Source: Aureliella sp.
GTDB taxonomy: Bacteria > Planctomycetota > Planctomycetia > Pirellulales > Pirellulaceae
Length of the DNA stretch: 64,000 nt
Direction of reading: 5' to 3'
Assembly (NCBI GenBank): GCA_963691875.1
Contig: OY829846.1
Location: forward strand, 2,176,001-2,240,000
The notes beneath the pieces were generated by a model. The model worked only from the letters and a program-made list of their open reading frames with translations. It had not been told where the DNA came from and searched no databases. The stretch's first letter is position 1. Each line of letters opens with the position of its first letter. A program made the position numbers and the translations under genes. Of the stretch, positions 48,200-58,650 are shown piece after piece.

Positions 48200-48502
48200 C
48201 AAAGTAGGTCCATTCTCCCAATTGCCCCAAGCCTTCTTGAAATGTGCCAAATTCATTCAGAATGACTATGCGAATAACACGAAGGGAAAGAAGGTCCAAC
48301 GGAAAACCAACCTGGGGCCGGAATCGTTCTATCGGCCAAGATTCGGACTCATGTGTCAACTTTGATAACTTGCCGCTCTTCCGACTTCCTCTTCTTACTT
48401 CTTGCTTTTCATGTCTTCGTCGTGTGCCTGCAGGCCGTTAGATTTGTTTTGTTGAATTAGTCGAACCATGCTCTGGTCAATTGGGAAAATGGACCTACTT
48501 TG
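48200..48502. repeat. 303-bp segment bounded by 25-bp inverted repeats (MITE-like or invertible)
   Basis: CAAAGTAGGTCCATTCTCCCAATTG (48200-48224) vs CAATTGGGAAAATGGACCTACTTTG (48478-48502); one mismatch. Confidence 0.7.
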
Positions 48503-48552
48503 GGGACGTTCGTTTTAGTACGCGACCAGGTATTGGCTTCCGACAATACACA

Positions 48553-49221
48553 ATGAAATCTAATGCCGACAATCTTCCCAGAACACTGATAGTCTCAACA
48601 GTGGCGCTGAACGCGTTGGGCATCGGCTTGGTTATCCCAGTTATGCCACAACTGCTGCAGCAAATTGGCGGTGTAGATGTGTCACGAGCCGCATCCATCG
48701 GCGGAATGCTCTCACTGGTGTTTGTTGCGATGCAGGTTTTATTCGGGCCGCTACTGGGAGCACTATCGGATCAGTTCGGTCGTCGGCCTGTGATTGTGAT
48801 TTCACTTTTGACGAGTGCGATTGACTACGCCGTTCTGTCCGTATCAAACCTGCTCTTGCTATTCTTTTTAGCGAGGCTCGTTTCGGGCGTTGCCTCGGCG
48901 ACTTACTCTGTCGCCAATGCAACCATGGCGGACACGGTGCCACCGGATAAAAGAGCCGCTCAGTTTGGATTGACGGGAGCTGCGCTCGGAATTGGCTTTG
49001 TGCTGGGGCCTGTGTTTGGAGGTCTGCTTGGTGAAATTGGTCCGCGAGCCCCCTTCCTGGCGGCGGCTTGCCTATGCTTTAGCGCCGCGACTCTTTGTTT
49101 CTTCTTTCTCCCCGAAACGCTGACCAAGGAGAATCGTCGGAAGCTCAAGTTGGGAGACTGCATTCCTTTGCGGCCGCTGTGGGCCTTGCGAAGACAGCCC
49201 TCGGGGATGCGGATGGTCTAA
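48553..49221 (+). pseudogene. Truncated TetA-like MFS transporter (N-terminal half only)
   Basis: GIGLVIPVMP, motif A GALSDQFGRRPV, motif C GFVLGPVFGG, LPET; ends at the central loop. Confidence 0.8.
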
Positions 49222-52200
49222 TTGCCCAACCTGCCACAGGCGGGTATGCGGGTCAGGTGCTACAGTCCTTCCAAACCCCACCCCCACCGAACCAACCCTC
49301 TAGCAACCGAAAAACCTTGAGCCGCTATGGCAAGAGCTTGACCGAAAACGTGGGAAATGATCTTGGCGCTCGGGCTGACGCCTCGATTTGGAGCGCACCC
49401 GTCACAACTGGTGAAGATGGTAAAGCAACTGTTGTGTTGATTTTGCCAGAAACCGCTGGACGCTGGAACCTACACGCGAAAGGTTGCACGACGGAAACAT
49501 TGGTTGGTCAAGCTAGCGCTCAGTTGACGACTCGCAAGGATTTCTTGGTCGAACTGCGTACGCCAGAAAAACTACAAGAAGGAGATTCGCAACGATTTAT
49601 TGGCACGATCCACAATATGACGGACTTCGCGGGCGAGGCTACGATCCAACTAAAGATCTCAGGACCCGCCCAAGCCTTTACGACCGTAGGCACTGTCAAT
49701 CTCGCTGGGCAAGGAACAGCAGAATTCACGTTCGAGGAATTCAAGGCACCGTTCATTGAGTCTCTACAACTTCAAGTGACTGCTATTGCTGGTGAGCACA
49801 AAGATACCTCGGAAGTATTCGTTCCAGTTCGTCCATGGGGTATCGAGTACGCTGACTTTGCGGGCGAATTGACCAGTACGGAAGCGGGGGCAACTTTGGC
49901 TTTACCCAAAGATCAGAATTACTCGGCTCGCAAACTTCACATCACCTTAAGCCCGTCGATTCAACAAGCTATCATTGATCTTGGCCTTTCGCGTGCTCGG
50001 CCGCTGTTTAGCTTGAGGACCGAGCTATCTCCAGCACCGCAAACTCCTGCGAGTTCTTTGCTGGCTGCGGCAAGTGCCTTGAAGTATGCCCAAAATCGCA
50101 GGGCTGCACCTGAAGAAGTGGCGAGGTTGAAATCTCGCGTCGAAGCCTTGGTTTCCGGTGCCGTGGTTACGCAACTCAAGGATGGCTCCTGGCCTTGGAA
50201 CAACTTCGCAGGGCTTAGCACGCGTACCAGTAGCGCGACGACCTACTGGGGCTTGGCTGTCGCTCAGCAAGCGCGTGTCTCGGTAGATCACAATACTTTG
50301 GTGCGAGCCGAACAGTACTTCACGAGCTCCTTTTCGAAGATTGATTCGAGCGACACTGAGAGCAAGGCGATTGTACTGCAAGCATTGTCGCAAACGGATC
50401 GGGCGGACTTCTCTGCTGCCAATCGCTTATACCGTGAAAGACAAAACCTGAGTGAAACGGCTTTAGCCTACATGGCCGCCACTTTCGTCCACATGGGGCG
50501 ACCGGAATTCGCGGAAGATCTGCTGAAGATCCTTGATACCAAGTTGGCACAAAACAGTTGGAAGGCCAACGCGCGGCATTCTATCCTGAGTGACGACGTT
50601 AGCACGACAGCCGTGGCTCTATGGTCTTATGCAAGAATCCGAAGGGACTCGGAAGCAACGTCAAAGATAGCCAATCGACTCTTGGCTCAAGCAACTCAAT
50701 TGCCATCCAATAGTTCCCTGGGAACTGTGGTGTCTGCCTTGGCTGAGCACTACAGCAATCTTAGAGGCGGCGAAGAGGACTATACAGTCGAGATGTATGT
50801 CAACGACAAACTCGTTCATTCCATCAATTCGACGGGACTGCGGAACACTCAGACTTTTCCTGTGGACCAAGAGAAGATCGATGCGGGCGAGAACAAGATT
50901 CGTGTTCTCGTAAGTGGAAAGGGAAGAGTGCGCTACGCTGCCACGCTATCCGGCTTCTCTCCCGACTTGAAGGATCCAGCGACGCTTGATTACCCGCGGA
51001 TCAGCAGCAAGGTTTACTACCACGACAAACTGAGCTACCGGGACGTGCCGCTTTCGTCTCATAGCACGTCCCTCGTGTCAGAGTTGGAGCTCGGCCAAAG
51101 AATTCGAGCGCATGTTTCCTTCTACAACAGCACGACTGGCAATCGCCAAAAAGAGTACATGGTTTACGAAGAATACCTCCCCACGGGGACCTTGCTTGTG
51201 GAAGGTTCCATGTCTGGCAATTACAAGCGAGTCGAAACCGATGGCTCACGCATTCGCTTCTACTTTGCACCGGGAACGCTTAGCTCAATCAATTATGAAC
51301 TTGTGGCACATATCCCTGGCAAGTATCGCGTGCTTCCAGGTGTCGTGTACGACGCGGTCAATCGCAGTCGCATGCGAGTTGGCAAGTCTCGTGAGCTCGT
51401 CATTCTGCCTGAAGGCGAGAAGAGCTCTGATGAGTATAAGATGAATGCATCTGAGCACTTTGAGCTCGCCACGAAGCTGTTCAACGACGGCAAGATGAAT
51501 GAGGCCGAAAGCCACTTGAATGCGTTATTCGCTAACAAGGACGATCGCAAGCGGTACGAAAAGGATATCGCACGGATGCTGCTGTGGATTCATACTGGCA
51601 AAGAAGAACTTGATGCCGCTCGCATCGTCGAGATGTTCGAGATCTTACGAGAACGGCATCCGCAATTGGTGATTCCATTCGACAAGACACTCATTGTTGG
51701 AAGAGCCTATCGCGATATCGGGGAGTTCGAACGAGCTTGGTTGGTGTTCCAGGCTGCAATTCAAAGTAGCTTCCTGAATGACGCCAAGCTGAGTGCCGTT
51801 TTGGACGATCAAGGGCAGTACCTCGGATCTGTGCAATACCAAGAGGATCTCTGGCTTGAGTATCCAGACAGCGCCGACGTCGCGACGGCCTACTTTGCGT
51901 TGAGCCAATCTCTGTTCCAAAAGGCTCCCCAAGCGAAGGCTATCGCAGCCCGAGAGCAACGCATCCGACTTCAGGAAGGAACTACCGAGGAGCTTGCCGC
52001 AGGAACTTATGAGAATCTGTCGGAGAACATCGAGCCTGAGAAAGAGAGAATGCTGGAACACAGCCAGCGTCTGCTTCACCGCTTCTTGACCCTGTATTCC
52101 ACCAATCCGCTGGCCGATGACGCGGCCTTCTCGGAAGTCAACGTGTACTTCGCGCTGAAGGACTACAAAAATGTGGTGACTCGATCGGTGGCGGGCGCTG

Positions 52201-53243
52201 AGCGTCATGCCAACAGCGAACTGAAAACGAGCTTTGAGTACATGGCTGCCCTGGGACACTTCTGGCAACGTCGCTACCAAGATGCGCTGGCGAGTGCAAC
52301 TAGTGTGGCCATCGGGGACAGTAAGGACGCCGACTACGCTCGCTATATCACGGCTCAGATCTATCATGCGACTGGCAAGCCAGCCAACGCAATGACTTGG
52401 TACGAAAAGGTTCGCGAGTTGTACCCCGATGCGGAAGATGCAATCGACTACTTCCAAGAGAAGAAGATTAGCATCGGAGAGGTCACTACCTTCAAACCAG
52501 AAGAGAAAGTGAAACTGACCATCGACTATCGCAATATCAAGGAGGCAGCTTTGGAGATCTACAAGGTCGACTTGATAAAACTTTACTTGCGAGAGAAGAA
52601 TCTCAGCAACATCACCGCCGTGGACCTAGCTGGCATCGACCCAGAAAGTTCACTTGTGATTGAGCTTGGTGATGGCAAGGACTTTGCAGACAAGATTCAT
52701 GAAGCTGCACTGCCGATTAGCGACGAAGGCGCGTACTTGGTCATCTGTCGAGGTGACAATCTCTACACAAGTGGTTTGATTTTGGTCACACCACTGAAAC
52801 TCGAGATTCAAGAGACTCCATAGGAAGGTAGCGTCCGGGTCAATGTCCGTGACTTGACCGCAGATGGCAGCTACATTCCTGAAGTCCTAGTAAAGGTAGT
52901 CGGAACGAGCAACGATTTGTTTTTGTCAGGTCACACCGATCTGCGCGGTGTCTTCCAAGCCGACGGAGTCAACGGAACGGCAACAGTATTGGCTCGAGCC
53001 GCAGGTGGAAAGTATGCCTTCTATCGCGGCCAGCAGATTCACGGCACACCTGTCGAGGCCAACGCAGCTGCTCAGCAGATGGAGGCAAAATCGGGGGCTC
53101 AGGGCAAGAAGCAACTCATGCAATCAGATTACATGCGAAACATCGATGTCCAGAACAAATTCTTGCAAGAATCGAACTTTAAAGCCTGGGACGCGCAACG
53201 CCGCGGTGACAATCGCGGAGTCGAAGTTCAAGACGCAAGGTAG
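49180..53243 (+). pseudogene. Alpha-2-macroglobulin-like / TPR protein lacking its N-terminus, with one in-frame TAG
   Basis: VTTGEDGKATV..LPETAGRW, QLKDGSW, TPR-like C-terminus; TAG 52821-52823 with in-frame continuation (EGSVRVNV...GHTDLRGVF) to 53243; no signal peptide. Confidence 0.75.
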
Positions 53244-53389
53244 GATCGTTATAGCCGAAAATGTTGACGTCCGTTTGGACACGAATTTCGTATCGGAGCC
53301 ATGGTGGAGTGATAGCTGCTGGCGAGAGCCAGAAGCTATCACAGTGCCGAGTCAATTCCAAGCCGCGAAAGAGCCCCAGATCGCTCGAC

Positions 53390-53812
53390 GCCATTCGCAA
53401 AGAATACAGCCCTGTGGTTGGCGTGTGGCTCTGCTGCCGTTTCTCGGCGAACAAGAACTATTCCGCCAATATCGATTCGATGAAGAGTAGGACAGTGAGC
53501 CAAACTTGAAGCTCATGGAGAAGACGCCTGAAATACAGAAGCCTTAGTTCTAATAAGGAAGATATCGAGAACGGACGAACTCATTGCATGGGAGTCATCA
53601 ACTCTAACAGTGTGCTTGGCGAATCGGACGGCTGCAAACTGAAAGACATCACGGATGGTAAATCCAACACACTGCTCGTGCTTAAGCTGGAATGCGAAGT
53701 CGAATGGACCAATATGCAAGACTATCCTGCCGACAACGACTCGAACTTTGGCAGTCTGCCGGTACTCATGGCTGACGGTGAGGTGAAGCGAGTCGACGGA
53801 GGCAACAGCTAG
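53390..53812 (+). pseudogene. DUF1559 remnant
   Basis: WRVALLPFLGEQELFRQYRFDEE*DSEPNLKL (TAG 53488-53490 where Trp is expected), DITDGKSNTLLV, VLMADGEV. Confidence 0.75.
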
Positions 53813-53864
53813 CTGCTGCAAAAGCTCGTAATTCGTGATGGTGGCGAGCAGTTGCCGACGACTT

Positions 53865-54530
53865 CTAAGAACTTTCGTCTTGCGGGAGCATCATGTCGGG
53901 AGATTGCTTCCGATTCGTGGCCTTATTAAAAAGCCAGACGATCAACCAAATCACGGACATGTAGACTAACAAGATAAAATTCAGCAGAACGCCTTGAGCA
54001 ATCGTGTTTATGTAGACGGGTAAGAACCCGACGGAGACCCCTTGCTTCAACCCTTCCACCATTTCCGTTTGCAGCAAAACTTCGGTGATGCGCGTACTGA
54101 TGATCCCCACATAGAGATCAATTCCCAATCCGACGGGAAACGCAATGGAAATAACGATGCGTGTTCCATAGCCAATCTTGGCAATCACTCTGAGGAACGG
54201 CAGCTTCAGAAAACGCTGCGTGAAGGGCCGCATTTCTAAGAAAGCGTAGCCAAGTATGAATGTGGCAATGCCAAGACTCATCGCTACGATCTGCTCAGCG
54301 CCTGCCCTAACAGTGATGCACCCCCAAAAGAAACTCGGGGCAGCGCTAACGATGCACACCAGCGACCATTTCACGAACGCGCTACCATAGCTGGGCGGCC
54401 TATTGGGATCGGCCCTCCAGTTCTGTGTCGCTTCCCGAGCGTCATCCAGCTGAGTCACCGCATGCGGATTTGACTCAGCTTCACTGCTTGAGATGATCGG
54501 CGGATTTTCATGTGGAGGCTCAAGGACCAT
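53865..54530 (-). CDS. Hypothetical membrane protein
   Basis: About four hydrophobic segments; NPH motif near the N-terminus. Confidence 0.65.
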   Translation of the reverse strand: MVLEPPHENPPIISSSEAESNPHAVTQLDDAREATQNWRADPNRPPSYGSAFVKWSLVCIVSAAPSFFWGCITVRAGAEQIVAMSLGIATFILGYAFLEMRPFTQRFLKLPFLRVIAKIGYGTRIVISIAFPVGLGIDLYVGIISTRITEVLLQTEMVEGLKQGVSVGFLPVYINTIAQGVLLNFILLVYMSVIWLIVWLFNKATNRKQSPDMMLPQDESS

Positions 54531-54550
54531 CGGCAATTCCCTGAAATGCT

Positions 54551-55312
54551 TTAGAACCAACTGGAAACGGTCTTGAGTCCTTCTAGTGCTGGCTCGACAG
54601 GCCAATACTCAAGTCCTACATAGCCATCATAGTTGGTGCTCTGAATCGCCTCGAAGACCTGTGAATAGTGAATTTCGCCTCGTGTCAATTCGTTTCGTCC
54701 GGGGTTCCCGGCGGCATGAAAATGACCGATCTTGTCAATATTCTGGGTGATATTGTGAATCAGATGGCCTTCGCTAATCTGTTGATGGTAGATATCAAAA
54801 ACCACTTTGACATTCGAGCTGCCAACTTCTTCAACTATTTCAAACGCTTCATCGCTTTGAATCAAGTAGTAACCAGCATGATCCACTAGTTCGTTCAGCG
54901 GCTCTATCACCAGAGTACGGCCTGCAGCTTCCAGCATCGGAGCCGCTTCTTTCAAGCCTTCCACCAAGCAATCGTGTTGTGCCTGCCGATCGATGCCTGT
55001 GCGGAGGTCTCCAACCTGAGAAATGATCGTCGAAACCTTAAGCTTCTCAGCTGCTACAAGAGTCTCTTCCAATCCTTTCAAGTAGTCATCGCGCGTCACT
55101 GGATCGACTAGGCTGATGAACTTTGTGCAACACGATGCTATTTGCATCTTATGCTGATCGCGCAGTTCGATGAGCTCATCGAGGTTCCTATCCCACCACC
55201 CCCAGAACTCAAACGCCCGAATGCCAGCTTCGTAGACAGAATCTATTGCCGTCGCAGCTGGCTGGCCTTCAAATACCGCATCGATGCAAACCGAGGGCTT
55301 TAGTCGACTCAT
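54551..55312 (-). CDS. Hydroxypyruvate isomerase-like TIM-barrel protein
   Basis: AFEFW, LVIEPLN..DHAGY, FDIYHQQISEG, HFHAAGNPGRNE, GYVGLEY. Confidence 0.88.
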   Translation of the reverse strand: MSRLKPSVCIDAVFEGQPAATAIDSVYEAGIRAFEFWGWWDRNLDELIELRDQHKMQIASCCTKFISLVDPVTRDDYLKGLEETLVAAEKLKVSTIISQVGDLRTGIDRQAQHDCLVEGLKEAAPMLEAAGRTLVIEPLNELVDHAGYYLIQSDEAFEIVEEVGSSNVKVVFDIYHQQISEGHLIHNITQNIDKIGHFHAAGNPGRNELTRGEIHYSQVFEAIQSTNYDGYVGLEYWPVEPALEGLKTVSSWF

Positions 55313-55387
55313 GATTAATCTTTCGTGATCGATACCTTGTGACGTGTTGAACGATGACTCACTTTTGCTGTGTCGCGTTTGTTCAAT

Positions 55388-55462
55388 CAGCGGCTTTGGC
55401 GCTAGCCACCTGGCGGCGGAAACGAAGACAAGCCGGTGCCCGCGGCTGGGCGTAAAACGATT
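55388..55462. repeat. Degenerate intergenic inverted repeat (REP-like)
   Basis: TTTGGCGCTAGCCAC paired imperfectly with GCGGCTGGGCGTAAAA. Confidence 0.3.
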
Positions 55463-55521
55463 TTTTCTTCTAGCGGCGGTTTTGTCGGCTCTTTCATACC
55501 GCAAAGTCTTAGTCTACTCGG

Positions 55522-57420
55522 TTAATCATTGGCCTCTCGCTCTACTTCAGCTTGCTCGCCATCCGCCACTTGCACGGCGTCAGTGCCTGCGATCGGATCA
55601 TTAGAAACCTCAGCTGACTCATCTGGCTCCACCTCAGAATCGTCCGGATAAGGTATCTGAGCAAAGCAAACATAAATTGTGACCACTGCAACAATGAGCC
55701 CGACTCCAGATTTGGTTGAGTGCTTCCACGGAGTCAGGTCGACTACCCCCGCATCTTCCTGAACCCATTCTTGTTCGCGCGGTTTCACTTCGCCGATAAC
55801 GAGCATCATGATCACCAGCCAAGCAAAGGTAGTCCCGACAAAGTAGAAACTGCCCATGTCCTCGACAATCTCCTTAAACTGCGGGATAAAGTTTCCGCAA
55901 ATTAGAATCAGGAAGCCGGCTAGAAGGGCTAGGTTCGCTGCGAAAGCTGGGACTCTTCGGCTGATCATCCCAACAAACACAACGGAAAGAATCGGAATGA
56001 AATAGATCGCATTCATCTTTTGCAGATAATCGAAAATCTGGTCTTCTCCGTCCAACATCGGGGCCAGATACATTGCTGAGAGTGCAATAACGAGACCAAA
56101 TACGACGCTCGATCGGACGAGTACTCTCTCTGAAAGATTCTCTCCACCAAAACGTTTTACGATGCCTAGGCTAAACAAAGTACAAGAAGAATTCAGCGCA
56201 GAATTAAAGCTTGAAAGCACGGCTCCGAGCATCGCGGCGGCAAAGAAGCCTGTCAGCCATGTGGGCAGTACATCTCGAACCAAGCTCCCATAAGCTTCAT
56301 TTGCTTTCATTTCCTGGCCAGCAAAGTAATGAAATGCAATCATCCCGGGTAACACTAGGTAGATGGGCCCAAGCAACTTGAGTGCACCGGTAAGCAATAC
56401 GCCCTTCTGGCCTTCTGCCAAGCTGCTCGCCCCGAGTGTTCGCTGAATGATTTGTTGGTTCGTGGACCAATAGAAGAGAGTTATCAGGAAGATCCCCGAA
56501 AATACAGCACCAAAGGGAACGGGTGACTTCGGGCTACCGATGGAATTAAAACGTTCTTGCGCCTCCACTTTCGTCACGATTGCGGAGCCGGATTCGCCCT
56601 TCGAAACGACCTGCGTTCCTTCATTGCCTTCGAGCAGCCTTGTTATTCCGGCACTAATTCCACCATCGCCTCCCAACGCAGCCAGCGCGAAAAAAGTAAT
56701 GAGGAAACCGCCGACCAATAGACCAACGCCATTGAGAGTGTCGGATACCGCAACTGTGCGAAGTCCCCCAAACAATGCATATATCGAGCCGATGACACCG
56801 ACCATCCATACGATAAGGACTAAGGAGAAGTTGGAAGTCGATACTCCAAGTATCGAGTAAAGCAGCGACGCCCCTTGGCCATTCGGGGGCTCGGGGGCTT
56901 CTGCGACACCAAGCCAACTAAAGAGCGGAGAACTCACACCCTCGGGAGTAACTCCCAGGATTTGGTCGATCGCAAGCATATCGACCATGCCTCGTGCACC
57001 GGTATATAGAACCATCGGCAACAAGATCATGACGTAGGCGACCAGGAAAATGATGTTGGTGATCAGGGCGGTCGTGCCATCGAAGCGAAGCTTCAGATAC
57101 TCCGGAACGGTAGTCACGCCGCTTTTCAAAAAACGCGGCAAGAAAAACCATGCCATACAAACCATCGAGATAACAGAGACGACCTCCCAGACCATCACAC
57201 AGAAACCGGCATCGAATGCTTGACCATTGAGACCGACAAGTTGTTCGGTAGATAGATTAGTTAGAAGGAGCGAGCCAGCGATTAGAGGGAATGTCAGCGA
57301 ACGACCTGCTAGAAAGTAGCCCGTGGCGCTGGAGGACTCTTTCCCGCGTGTCAGCCACCAAGTCAGAAAGGCAACGAGGCCAGTGAAGAACAAAAAGGAA
57401 CCGAAGGTCAAGAATGCCAT
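55522..57420 (-). CDS. Solute:sodium symporter (YidK-like)
   Basis: GYFLAGRSL, TNLSTEQLVGLNG, FYWSTNQQIIQR, SSFNSALNS. Confidence 0.92.
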   Translation of the reverse strand: MAFLTFGSFLFFTGLVAFLTWWLTRGKESSSATGYFLAGRSLTFPLIAGSLLLTNLSTEQLVGLNGQAFDAGFCVMVWEVVSVISMVCMAWFFLPRFLKSGVTTVPEYLKLRFDGTTALITNIIFLVAYVMILLPMVLYTGARGMVDMLAIDQILGVTPEGVSSPLFSWLGVAEAPEPPNGQGASLLYSILGVSTSNFSLVLIVWMVGVIGSIYALFGGLRTVAVSDTLNGVGLLVGGFLITFFALAALGGDGGISAGITRLLEGNEGTQVVSKGESGSAIVTKVEAQERFNSIGSPKSPVPFGAVFSGIFLITLFYWSTNQQIIQRTLGASSLAEGQKGVLLTGALKLLGPIYLVLPGMIAFHYFAGQEMKANEAYGSLVRDVLPTWLTGFFAAAMLGAVLSSFNSALNSSCTLFSLGIVKRFGGENLSERVLVRSSVVFGLVIALSAMYLAPMLDGEDQIFDYLQKMNAIYFIPILSVVFVGMISRRVPAFAANLALLAGFLILICGNFIPQFKEIVEDMGSFYFVGTTFAWLVIMMLVIGEVKPREQEWVQEDAGVVDLTPWKHSTKSGVGLIVAVVTIYVCFAQIPYPDDSEVEPDESAEVSNDPIAGTDAVQVADGEQAEVEREAND

Positions 57421-57569
57421 CGTGTCAGGGGTCCAGAATGGGTAGGGGTTATAAGGGATTCATGCAAGTATCTGCCAGCCGGGCTCGTCATGAGCGTGGT
57501 AAATGAAGCGTTTCGCGAGGCTCCAAGGCAGCTCGACAGTCTTGGAGACTTCCGCTCGTGGAACCCGCG

Positions 57570-58514
57570 TTACTTCAACGGTTCGCCCTCAATTGGCTTT
57601 CCATTCGTGGTCAAGATTTGAAAATGATGAACACGATAAGGACCTTCAAACTTCCACACGAGTTGTTTCTCTCGGTTCACCTCAAAAAGCTTGACACCTT
57701 TCTTGGCATGGTAAGCCGTGATCACTGTGTTGCCGTTTGGCAGCCGTTGCCCACCGCACGCATCATCAATTGGATTGCCTGGCAAATCCTCGTTGGTAAT
57801 CTTCCATACCACTTTGCCTTCTGAGTCCATTTCGACCACTTTGTTTCCATTTGTCAGGCACACCAAAGTGTTACCTCCCGCCAGGCGAATCGCGGTGAAG
57901 GGCCAGTTCTTTGCAGCACGACCACCAAGATCTTCCATATCGGTAGGAAATTCTTTGACCACATTGCCTTCGGCTGTGTACTCCTTGACTTTGAAGGCCA
58001 ACAAATGGGGTACAAGGTAATTTCCGTTAGCTAGTTTTCGAGCCATGCGTGTTTGCATGTGCGCGTTGTCCGTCTCAGGCTGCAACGGGAACTCAAGTGC
58101 AATCTTGCCGTTGGCCTCCACTTCTAGCAAACGTGGATTCGTGCCAAGTTCCGTTATGAGTGTCCGACCATCCTTCAGCCGCTGAACCGTGCCTAGTTCT
58201 TTGTTGCTGGCATCCAATCGGTACTCAAAGACGACTTCTTTTGCAGGAGTCATTTCGCGAACGACGTCGTTCCAAGCAATCAGAACATTGCCGTTTGGCA
58301 AAACCCAACCATCACGTGCTCCCTTGCGTCCTAAATCCCACTGCTTCTCACCATCTTCACCCACGATGCCGGTGAAGTCTGGTCCAGCGACGAAGAACGA
58401 GTGGCGAACTTCCTGCGCCCGAACACTTAGGCAAAGGGGGGCAAAGAAAATTAGACTCAACGCGGACACAAATTGGGGTGTAGTTAGTTTATTGCGAAGC
58501 ACGAGAAGCCTCAT
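57570..58514 (-). CDS. Secreted beta-propeller repeat protein
   Basis: Repeated (R)L.NGN.L(I) blades with EV...G.VVW; signal peptide ending VRA-QE. Confidence 0.75.
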   Translation of the reverse strand: MRLLVLRNKLTTPQFVSALSLIFFAPLCLSVRAQEVRHSFFVAGPDFTGIVGEDGEKQWDLGRKGARDGWVLPNGNVLIAWNDVVREMTPAKEVVFEYRLDASNKELGTVQRLKDGRTLITELGTNPRLLEVEANGKIALEFPLQPETDNAHMQTRMARKLANGNYLVPHLLAFKVKEYTAEGNVVKEFPTDMEDLGGRAAKNWPFTAIRLAGGNTLVCLTNGNKVVEMDSEGKVVWKITNEDLPGNPIDDACGGQRLPNGNTVITAYHAKKGVKLFEVNREKQLVWKFEGPYRVHHFQILTTNGKPIEGEPLK

Positions 58515-58650
58515 TGGGTGGGGAAGTTGAAGTGCAGTGCGGTCACCATTGTAGTCGCAAAACGCCATCAAAAGTATGGGCCACTGACTACAGGGATGTT
58601 CCACGACACCTCCAACCAACGCAAGAATAAAGCAACCGCCATAAGCTTCT

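Noticed and set aside
52821..53490. Stop-codon reassignment or pyrrolysine suggested by several in-frame TAGs
   Set aside because: Many intact genes here end in TAG (rplM, uvrA, folE2), no pyl genes are present, and the remnants also carry TAA, TGA and frameshifts.
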